DNA of 64,000 nt from a virus (Duplodnaviria > Caudoviricetes), in the IMG/VR virus record IMGVR_UViG_3300035670_000195, positions 704-64,703 of that record; one strand, given 5' to 3'. Positions 57,301 to 64,000 of this stretch are shown here, in pieces. The first letter of the stretch is position 1, and each line of letters opens with the position of its first letter. The notes under the pieces are model-generated. The model was not told the DNA's origin. It searched no databases and worked only from the letters and a program-made list of their open reading frames with translations. A program made the translations under genes and the position numbers.

Positions 57301-57680
57301 GTTGGTGTGCCAGAAAAGTCATACCCAGATCTTTCAATGACAAGTTGATTCTTGCTGAAATCAAATGTAGGATCTAAAGTCTTTGGAAATACAACATCAG
57401 CGTCCCATGCCTTCATCGTTGCAATGATGACATCTTCTGATACAGGTGTATAGTTAATGTTACTGGGAAGAGTTAATAGTCTTGCTTCAACATCGTTACA
57501 CCCAAGTTTTGTTAGGATTCCCTTAATCACTTCCTGTGCATCTTCGATTGTGGGATATCTTCCAACATAATATGTTTTATTAACTGTTAGAAGAACATCA
57601 CCACTAGAAGCTATAAAGTAATCGACTCTATATAGATGTCTTATAGGAAGGTTTCCTGCGATTCCTCGAAGAGAACTCAT
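54303..57680 (-). CDS. large beta-rich virion protein (DUF1565/beta-helix-like)
   Basis: VYIAPDGNDTTGDGTEENPYATV, PGTY and Asn-rich beta repeats. Confidence 0.65.
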   Translation of the reverse strand: MSSLRGIAGNLPIRHLYRVDYFIASSGDVLLTVNKTYYVGRYPTIEDAQEVIKGILTKLGCNDVEARLLTLPSNINYTPVSEDVIIATMKAWDADVVFPKTLDPTFDFSKNQLVIERSGYDFSGTPTTRQLTTQFTHVVRKPYPDNTDQDLINNNRGLGELELDFAVTENNVEARLALPTHVYSGDQLNFTFEPGFTDGVTTSGSAQISNTSTLSCPPPVCNFSVYGDYAITGNDVLTVDVIAYHISASTPNTAPNGIAAVRFDLYKNDDATPFTSITTSSPTQDENKVPVYRLVYPGILIGSVLSDDDELYVRATVMPYYGPAKSSVRVDYGSSDWNTRYNDFQDVRFVFQQTDLLDVYIAPDGNDTTGDGTEENPYATVVKAMEKFSTSNSNKFQGNIYCMPGTYSYMEFRQTSTTGRDTVKSMLTIQPAPNTTGEVIFLGGNLSGTVSHNGFARNYCLRFKNIYFNYENARNADAGDTVTPGYRTVNQVGSNILCVIFDGCKFRSNPAHTTPTASSNFVFLTARRRFVINCRMEVQLPKLKGWSGCVGSSTCSIFKGNLGNFEVTTADVTCGNQCWSAQTGLWISVTSTELASISLIRDIGNGICCYNELVTTNANQNIITSDFGNNYAYICNMIYASDYDGTTATNATVRLWGDGNIQVVDNILVWHNTVSGGRCNMFYSDAGTTEILRTNISIRNNLFKRWYIKSETFAPPTPARVGNWSVMNCVDVKDNVSGFNYAGINSFPKEFTYTNYESESDTGLVVDNPYSGESGVTGGTKFSGWPRLAPDYAQELGFTVSDYCITTTRAGAFAGLYTLGCGPDRYPAVYVPEEREFTSYGSGFEFAIDCTTATTGFELSLGNTQQVTGITVTQTDNIIVNNAGGGTLLGNQLVVIPNDDSGFNIRFQPGEIFNLSNGKSKAQNFIDAYPGGYIVAYYRDPSDPVNQKRDLLTLTPYPSNVNYVLASVVAGFNLDGTVNSLTNPGQTFSGLVGGEPVRFEFYAPTFAKYTSKVIDFADVASANGQPPLNNVERIPTTPYPFLATISWSGNLGTIYMKVSNNEFSTGDFASLGTDWKPVSNGSVISATSGDYVGFVRVANKVGSGVITLTDYYNSSVIDTFDLSIT

Positions 57681-59236
57681 TGTGGCATTCCTCCTAATTG
57701 CTGCATTAGTTGCTGCTGAATTGCAGGATCAGAAAGAGCCTGCTGTGCCGCGCCGCCTGCCGCCTGAGCAACACCTTGTCCCATTGATTGGGCAATGCCT
57801 TGCTGTGCCTGCATGTTCTGCGACTCCTGCATCTCAGCGCGTACCGTTTCTTCATCCTTGACCCAGATCCTAGGATCGAATCCAAGTGAGGAGATAAGCG
57901 CACCAGCATAGGCATCCCACCTAAAGGTGGCAATAGCTTCTGGCGGTAGGTTTCTAACCATTTCACCTAGCTGCATCAGCTTCTGAAGATCTGAATCTCT
58001 ACTTAGTGCCTGAAGACCCGTTACAATCTGTGTATTGAGAGTACCATCTTCATCGAAGAATTGCTCTGCCAGATTTGGATCAAGTAGATTTGTATCAATC
58101 ATCACCGCAATAGTACGCTTGACGATTGGTTCCATAAGTGTTCTAGCAATAGATGAGAACGCACCGCCAAGAACAGTCTCAAGTTCTGAGCCAATCATTC
58201 TAACGGCGGTGGCAGTTACTCTATCGCCTGATGGAATAGCCTGTGCTGCTGTTAGGAATGCCTGTCCAATTTCTCTACGCATTGTTTCAACAGCGGCAGA
58301 TGAAGCCTGAATCTGTGGATTCATGGTTGCTGCTGGTGTGATTGTAAAGACATCATTAGCTCTTGCTGATACAAATGTTCCGTTTCTGTACGGAGCAATG
58401 TCATCAACTTCGGTAACACCGCTTGGGTCTACACCAATCCAGAAAGTACTTGCGGCTGCAAGTCCATCGATCTGTGACTTGGTGTATGACTCTAGTGCTA
58501 CAAGATCTCCAAGAATATCTTCGCAATGCGAGCGTCCGTAGTTTTCACCAGGGAGTGCAAGCCATCTTAGAACGGCAAAGGGTGGAATGGTATACTCACC
58601 CTGTGTAATAACGTCTCCACTCTGATCTTCCTTACGATACTTCCACACACCACCTTCTTTAATGTATTGACAGAAGAGTGTACGGTATCCGTTACGGTAT
58701 TCGATTGAGCTTTGATCGTATCTAATTTCGTCGGGATCGATTACTTCATATTCAAGATGAATAACCTCGATAATCTCACCCATGATATTGCGCTGAACTA
58801 CATACTGATCCAATCTGTACAGCGCAAAGTACAGTGAATCGTCCATGATTAGAAGGCAATCTCCAGAAACGATTAGGTGCTGGAGTGCCTGATAAACTGT
58901 TTCTCTTAGGTTCGTGGAAACAAGCTTTCTATAGACCTGATACGACAGCGATTCAAGGTATGAACCAACTTCAGTTGGAGGTTCTGAACCATCGATCATT
59001 CCAAATCTAAAGAATGGCGTATCATTTAATGGCATCAGTGCCGAAAGAATTCTACTGGCAAGCGAGGTAACACCTCTACTGGCTACAGAAGAATATGGTT
59101 GAGGCAATGGAAGACCCTCATCCCAACCTTCTGGTGGCATTACCAATGGAATAGTTAATGCCGCACACTGACGCGCTCTGGTAATTTTGCTTTCACGATT
59201 CCCATCAAGAGTTTGGAATCGATTAGCTAGACTCAT
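57677..59236 (-). CDS. portal (head-tail connector, gp8-like)
   Basis: RGVTSLASRI, GENYGRS, DRVTATAVR, LGGAFS, TGLQALSR. Confidence 0.95.
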   Translation of the reverse strand: MSLANRFQTLDGNRESKITRARQCAALTIPLVMPPEGWDEGLPLPQPYSSVASRGVTSLASRILSALMPLNDTPFFRFGMIDGSEPPTEVGSYLESLSYQVYRKLVSTNLRETVYQALQHLIVSGDCLLIMDDSLYFALYRLDQYVVQRNIMGEIIEVIHLEYEVIDPDEIRYDQSSIEYRNGYRTLFCQYIKEGGVWKYRKEDQSGDVITQGEYTIPPFAVLRWLALPGENYGRSHCEDILGDLVALESYTKSQIDGLAAASTFWIGVDPSGVTEVDDIAPYRNGTFVSARANDVFTITPAATMNPQIQASSAAVETMRREIGQAFLTAAQAIPSGDRVTATAVRMIGSELETVLGGAFSSIARTLMEPIVKRTIAVMIDTNLLDPNLAEQFFDEDGTLNTQIVTGLQALSRDSDLQKLMQLGEMVRNLPPEAIATFRWDAYAGALISSLGFDPRIWVKDEETVRAEMQESQNMQAQQGIAQSMGQGVAQAAGGAAQQALSDPAIQQQLMQQLGGMPQ

Positions 59237-59568
59237 TGAGGCTTAACCTCTTTACCTGAACCAAGACCCTTTAGCAGTGCCTCGGTAAAGGATGTATCTA
59301 GCTTTGTCTTTTCCTTTTGCTTCTTTTGTCCTTCTGATTCGGCAATGACTGCCTCTTCTGCTGCGTTGATTTCCATCAAACGCCTTGCTTCTTCAGCAGC
59401 AAGTCTTTCCTTTTCTTCCTTAGCCCGTCGTTCACGGTCTAGTTCATCTTGGATTGCCTGTTGCCTACGCTTTTCTTCTTCTTGAGCTTGAAACTCTCGC
59501 TCTTCAGCAAGCAAAGCGCGCTGCTCATCGGCAGTCATACCGCCCTGAATAGTTGGTGCGCCTCCCAT
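59233..59568 (-). CDS. virion assembly protein (gp6.7/7.3 position)
   Basis: MGGAP start, charged helix, immediately before portal. Confidence 0.65.
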   Translation of the reverse strand: MGGAPTIQGGMTADEQRALLAEEREFQAQEEEKRRQQAIQDELDRERRAKEEKERLAAEEARRLMEINAAEEAVIAESEGQKKQKEKTKLDTSFTEALLKGLGSGKEVKPQ

Positions 59569-60233
59569 TATAGTGGCCTTTCTGTATATACGCGCTCTCT
59601 TGGTCCTGCGAGTTGTTCCGCAGATCCAAGAAGCTCTGTCTTTAGTTTTGTGAATCGTTCTTCGCCACGCTTTCTTTCCTGTTCAACGGTGGCGTTATAC
59701 TTTTGCAAGGCTTCTTCAGAACGTTTGCTATAGTCTTCATAGTCCATCTGAAGTGGAGCTAGATCATAGGCTAGCTGTCCAAACGGAGTAACAAGATTAC
59801 CTCTTCTGGATCTTGACTTGGCTACAACATCAGATAAAGATCGTTTTGTCGAGCCATCGTATAACACATCCTGAAAGAGAATTTCCTGAGCGTATTGTCT
59901 TTCAGCAGAGCGAAGCAAGTTTCGGGCTGTTTGAGGATTTGTTTCCATCAAGCTATTTGCATAGTTAACTGCTTGCTGATATTGAGAATATTTTTGCTGC
60001 TGCGTTGTGTACACTTCTTCCATCTGCTTGGAAAGCTGAAGTCTTTTCTGTTCGTCTTTCTTTGCTTTAGTAGATAGACTTTCAGATAGATTCTGGTAGT
60101 ACTTAGCCATTGGAGAATCTTCATAGCTATATGAAGCCTCTCTAAATCTTGAAACGGCGGATCTAAATTGATCCGTAGTTATCTTGCCTTGCGAATAAAG
60201 CGAAGAAATTCTGGAGAATTCAGCTGTGTCCAT
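59568..60233 (-). CDS. hypothetical protein
   Basis: 221 aa helical ORF, coupled. Confidence 0.65.
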   Translation of the reverse strand: MDTAEFSRISSLYSQGKITTDQFRSAVSRFREASYSYEDSPMAKYYQNLSESLSTKAKKDEQKRLQLSKQMEEVYTTQQQKYSQYQQAVNYANSLMETNPQTARNLLRSAERQYAQEILFQDVLYDGSTKRSLSDVVAKSRSRRGNLVTPFGQLAYDLAPLQMDYEDYSKRSEEALQKYNATVEQERKRGEERFTKLKTELLGSAEQLAGPRERVYTERPL

Positions 60234-60417
60234 GCTTCTTCTCCTGTAGTTTTACGATTGTTTCAAGCTTTGAAACAATATCCATACGACCAGCTAGATA
60301 CGCGAGCTGTCTTGCAAGAGCATCACTCGTCTGACTTTGGTCGTACATTACTGGACTTATCCATTCCCTTAGGATTGGAATCCAATCGGGATCTAGATAC
60401 GGATGCTTTGAGTTCAT
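60220..60417 (-). CDS. hypothetical protein
   Basis: LAYLAGRMDIVSKL; typical pre-portal small gene. Confidence 0.65.
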   Translation of the reverse strand: MNSKHPYLDPDWIPILREWISPVMYDQSQTSDALARQLAYLAGRMDIVSKLETIVKLQEKKHGHS

Positions 60418-60559
60418 CTAGCTCTCCCTGAATTGTAGTAAGTTTTGCGGTTAGTGCATTCAGCGCAGCAACAAGAACACGAACGGTTCTTCCGAATTCT
60501 GCGCTAGATAGTGGAAGACCCTTGTCGATCTTCAGGTTGATATTTGGTTCGATGTTCAC
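60323..60559 (-). CDS. hypothetical protein
   Basis: Coupled to the RNR stop (GTGA). Confidence 0.5.
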   Translation of the reverse strand: MNIEPNINLKIDKGLPLSSAEFGRTVRVLVAALNALTAKLTTIQGELDELKASVSRSRLDSNPKGMDKSSNVRPKSDE

Positions 60560-62442
60560 TTGATTTCACATCCCCCTGCTGTGCAGGCCATAGCGTGTGA
60601 TGATGCTGTGTTGTCTTCGATCTCATACATTGGAAGCTGACTGAAGTCAACGAGTACCTTTGGAAATGCCTCGTATTCCTCAGCTGTAATAGCCTCGAAT
60701 GGAGCTTGCTGGTAGGTGTGTTCACTCTTAGGTAGGAACGAAACCCCAGAGATATGATCGAATTCCTCGTATACCTTTGCACCAAGTCGAATAAACTCTG
60801 CATCGGTATAGTTGATAGTAACGGAAGGCTTATGCTCACAGTAATACTCGGCGTAGATTCTCCAGAGAATTAGATGAGTCTCTGCATCTAGATCCTGAGT
60901 AGTCTTAGCGTCATCGGGAGCCTTCATTGCAAAGGAGAATACGGCAGTTGAGTCTGGGTTATTTACCTCATCCTCACATGGTACTCCCTGATCCTTCATA
61001 AGCTTGTATAGTGGATCTTTCTTATCAATCCGTACACGTCGAATGTAGTGGGGGGCATACTGTGGATGAAGACCAGATGAACAACCAGCCAGACATGACG
61101 TGGTTCCCTCTGGCTTTACACAGGTAATAGCCTTGCTTGGCTCAACATTGATCTTGTCTGCCCACTTTAGGTTTACATCCTGAGCTACATCACGAAGATC
61201 CTGTAGGTACTGAATAAGCTCGAATGGAGATACGCGACCAGACATGAATAGGTTATCAAAGATACCAGTCATGCTTACGCCAAGTAGTCTCTCATCCTCG
61301 CAGTTCTGCTTCCACTGTGGACGCAGATATGGGAAGTGAGTAAACTTAGATTGAACAGTACCAATGATGGTAGCCATTTCAATCTTATCTCGAATTGACA
61401 TCTTGGTATCGTGTTCCTTGATGACGATAGTCGATAGATTGCAGAACTCCATTGGTCTTAGAATAATCTCTGAGCATGGGTTTGTTCCAAGCTTTAGACC
61501 CTCTGGTACAGATCGACCATGCTTTGAGCAAATCTTCTCAAGTGCCTCGCGGTTTAGAATACCACGCTCTCCACTATAGGAGTTGTACAGCGAGGTCCAC
61601 TCCTCTAGGAAGCGACCAAGGTTTGGCTTGCTATTGTAGACGGCTGAGTTGTTTGCAAGCGACCGATAGGAGTGAGACTCCCACCAGTTGCCAGACTTGG
61701 CATTGGCCATATCGTGATCGTCAAGATCCGACAGTGAGATCATTGCACTGCGACGAACACCGCCAACGATAACCGAATTGGCAATGACGCAGCAGATGTC
61801 GTGACACTCTAGGCTAGAAAGTCTACGACCCTTAGCCTTATTGAATGTCCCGACTAGGAACTTGAACACAGCCTCGAGAGGTGTAGGACCAGATGCTCTA
61901 CCACCAAAGGTCTTGAGTCTGGCACCAGCTGGTCTTACAAGGCTGCAGTCCCATGTGGGATGAATGCCGTTGTATAGATCATTAATCATCTCAAGTACAG
62001 CATCGCACCAGCCCTCGCGAGAATCCTGAACGACAATCTTCTTGTCTGTTCTCTTGATTTCAGAAGCGACGATTGGAAGCTTGTCAGTACAGCGGCGCTC
62101 GACTGAATAGCCAACACCTGTACCGCACATGAGGATGTACATGAGTTCTGAGAATGCCTTGGGATCATCGATCTCAAGATAGGAACAGTTGTACATGGCG
62201 GTATGATCGCGGTCTAGTGCGGGACCAGCAGTCATAAGAGCGCGCATTGATGGGAACACTTCCCGATTTAGCACAGCCTCACGAATGTCTGGTCGCTCAA
62301 GAAGCGCAGGCTCCTTGTCTGTCATGTAGTTCCACCAACGATCTACAGTTTCCTCCCAGCTCTCTCGTCGGTTCTCTGCATCGATCCAACGAGCATAGCG
62401 GGAAACTGCAATAAAGTTTTCAAATGTATTTAGAGGCTTCAT
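60556..62442 (-). CDS. nrdJ: class II (B12-dependent) ribonucleotide reductase
   Basis: PSMRAL, YNCSY, GGVRRSA, TNPCSEI, FCNL, TCVKPEGT, C-terminal CTAGGCEI. Confidence 0.95.
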   Translation of the reverse strand: MKPLNTFENFIAVSRYARWIDAENRRESWEETVDRWWNYMTDKEPALLERPDIREAVLNREVFPSMRALMTAGPALDRDHTAMYNCSYLEIDDPKAFSELMYILMCGTGVGYSVERRCTDKLPIVASEIKRTDKKIVVQDSREGWCDAVLEMINDLYNGIHPTWDCSLVRPAGARLKTFGGRASGPTPLEAVFKFLVGTFNKAKGRRLSSLECHDICCVIANSVIVGGVRRSAMISLSDLDDHDMANAKSGNWWESHSYRSLANNSAVYNSKPNLGRFLEEWTSLYNSYSGERGILNREALEKICSKHGRSVPEGLKLGTNPCSEIILRPMEFCNLSTIVIKEHDTKMSIRDKIEMATIIGTVQSKFTHFPYLRPQWKQNCEDERLLGVSMTGIFDNLFMSGRVSPFELIQYLQDLRDVAQDVNLKWADKINVEPSKAITCVKPEGTTSCLAGCSSGLHPQYAPHYIRRVRIDKKDPLYKLMKDQGVPCEDEVNNPDSTAVFSFAMKAPDDAKTTQDLDAETHLILWRIYAEYYCEHKPSVTINYTDAEFIRLGAKVYEEFDHISGVSFLPKSEHTYQQAPFEAITAEEYEAFPKVLVDFSQLPMYEIEDNTASSHAMACTAGGCEIK

Positions 62443-62955
62443 TTAACTCCGATCAGTCGAGCCAAAGCCATTAGCACCTCTATGGGTATAGCTTAGTTCC
62501 TCGACGCTTGAGAATGACGGTGCAATAAATGGTACAAAAAGGATCTGAGCAATACGATCACCGTCGTTAATCGTAAAGCTTTCTGTTCCTTCGTTACGAA
62601 GTAGAACCATGATTTCGCCGCGATAATCTGGATCGATTAATCCAGGTGTATTTGCGACTGTGATCATGTGCTTGTAAGCAAGGCCAGATCGTGGAAGAAC
62701 CAGCGCAGCAACATCTATGGGCAGCTCTAGGCTACAACCAGTTGCAATGCGCTTTGTAGTATTTGGTTCGATAGTAATTGAATCAATCAAATCAGCCTTA
62801 AGATCAAAGCCAGCTGAGCCAACTGTTGCCCTACTAGGGTAGCCATGCTTGCCTGCTTTAATTAAGATGTTGTTTGGATGATTGAAAGTTTTTGTGAAAG
62901 CCATTCCACTAGAGGGGTTGGCAAAGTTTTCGGTATAGAATGTATAGGTATTCAT
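62443..62955 (-). CDS. dut: dUTPase
   Basis: SAGFDL, PRSGLA, GLIDPDYRGEI, GDRIAQ, RGANGFGST. Confidence 0.96.
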   Translation of the reverse strand: MNTYTFYTENFANPSSGMAFTKTFNHPNNILIKAGKHGYPSRATVGSAGFDLKADLIDSITIEPNTTKRIATGCSLELPIDVAALVLPRSGLAYKHMITVANTPGLIDPDYRGEIMVLLRNEGTESFTINDGDRIAQILFVPFIAPSFSSVEELSYTHRGANGFGSTDRS

Positions 62956-63713
62956 TTCGGTTCTTCCTTAATACGTCTCGCGTTCGTTGCTTGGTCGCGC
63001 CAGTCATGGGGAATCCACCCCATAACACCCTCTCCATCCCTTAGAATTCGGACAGCCACGCCCATTGCAATGGCATCTTCTAGGGTATAGGGGGTTCCGT
63101 TCTTGTTTTGTTTCTGTTCATACTGGCTTAGACATAAAGCAAACCAGTTAACTGGACTGGTAGAGTCCAATAACTTATCTGCCTTTTTTGGTCCAAGCTT
63201 CCAGATTCCTGCCACATTGTCGGTTGAATCCCCAGTCAACCACTGTCTATAGAACCACCGATCAGCCTGTTCTAGTGTGGTTGCTTGGATGTCGATGGAA
63301 AAGTCTGAATCATCCAGCCGTGGTACCCACCAAAGTCCAGGAACTTGATGAAGATCCTTGTCGATTGTCACGCAAACCATTCGGCCTGCTGACTTTTCAA
63401 TACCCATAAGGTCATCTGCCTCGAGATTATCTGCCATTACGACAGGACTAATGTCCTTGAGAATATCCAAGGCATAGCCCATGCAGTCTGGCTTTGGTCT
63501 GGCGTTGCGATGTTCCTTGTACTCTGGTAGGTACTGCTTTCTAAAGTTATCGGATCTGTTGCACGACAGAGCAACGGCACCGATGGTACAGTGTGGAGGA
63601 GTCCAGCGAATCAGATCGTCCTGCAACCTATCCTCTAGGCAGTCAGCACCCTCGGCATCAGCCCAGAATGCAGCACGGTAGGCAATGATGTCTCCGTCTA
63701 GGATTGCTTTCAT
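62952..63713 (-). CDS. 5'-3' exonuclease (gp6-like)
   Basis: LDGDIIAY, NFRK...YK..R, LEADD, IDKDL, GDSTDN, GPKKA. Confidence 0.93.
   Translation of the reverse strand: MKAILDGDIIAYRAAFWADAEGADCLEDRLQDDLIRWTPPHCTIGAVALSCNRSDNFRKQYLPEYKEHRNARPKPDCMGYALDILKDISPVVMADNLEADDLMGIEKSAGRMVCVTIDKDLHQVPGLWWVPRLDDSDFSIDIQATTLEQADRWFYRQWLTGDSTDNVAGIWKLGPKKADKLLDSTSPVNWFALCLSQYEQKQNKNGTPYTLEDAIAMGVAVRILRDGEGVMGWIPHDWRDQATNARRIKEEPK
62971..62991 (-). promoter_or_regulatory. putative phage RNAP promoter (copy 3)
   Basis: 21-mer identical to 12429-12449, just upstream of dut. Confidence 0.7.
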
Positions 63714-63997
63714 GGTCCTATCTCCTCCTTGAAGCAGTCCCATGTGTGGATCCCTGCCCACCAACTAGCATCCCTGTCGCTCATGGCTGCCTTCTGTTCG
63801 CAGATCCACCGCCGCGCCTCGTCGCGCTCGGCGCGCAGCCGTTCGACCTCCTTCAACGCAAACTCAATCGCAAGATGACCATCCTTGAATGGAGTACCGA
63901 CGCTATCTGCTTCTGATTGATCTCCCCCGTAATCCATGATTTCCATGTAACGCTTTTCAAGTTCAGACGCGATCTGCTTGCATATTTCGATGGTCAC
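63710..63997 (-). CDS. hypothetical protein
   Basis: EVERLRAERDEARR coiled motif; coupled to exonuclease. Confidence 0.6.
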   Translation of the reverse strand: MTIEICKQIASELEKRYMEIMDYGGDQSEADSVGTPFKDGHLAIEFALKEVERLRAERDEARRWICEQKAAMSDRDASWWAGIHTWDCFKEEIGP

Positions 63998-64000
63998 TTG

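Noticed and set aside
90-63916. Plus-strand ORFs in the track (e.g. 29257-30246, 8940-9698, 13747-14394)
   Set aside because: Antisense shadows of well-supported minus-strand genes, without SD sites or motifs
1-64000. Prophage, lysogeny module or alternative genetic code
   Set aside because: No integrase, repressor or host genes; long genes are intact in the standard code and no suppressor tRNA is present

Overview
The window appears to be most of a circularly permuted genome of a T7-like (Autographiviridae-type) lytic podophage, with essentially all real genes on the minus strand. Reading downstream from the inferred genome ends in the non-coding 20.9-22.5 kb interval: about 28 small early genes (20.8-12.5 kb), a single-subunit RNA polymerase, replication and nucleotide genes (SSB, RusA, 4 tRNAs, ThyX, deaminase, primase-helicase, PolA, dNMP kinase). 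Wrapping from the window end come exonuclease, dUTPase, class II RNR, portal, scaffold, capsid, tail, terminase, internal virion proteins (one about 3630 aa) and a PEP-CTERM-like surface protein that suggests a Phycisphaerales (Planctomycetota) host. Most notable observations: (1) a strand-polarised array of GAYAG motifs in the inferred first-entering DNA (about 41 versus 0 by manual count); (2) a phage-encoded exosortase-type substrate with no exosortase in the window; (3) a four-hairpin structured RNA between terS and terL; (4) a 13-nt perfect anti-16S element with no start codon after the capsid gene; (5) a candidate phage promoter motif. All assignments come from motif recognition by eye; no searches were run.
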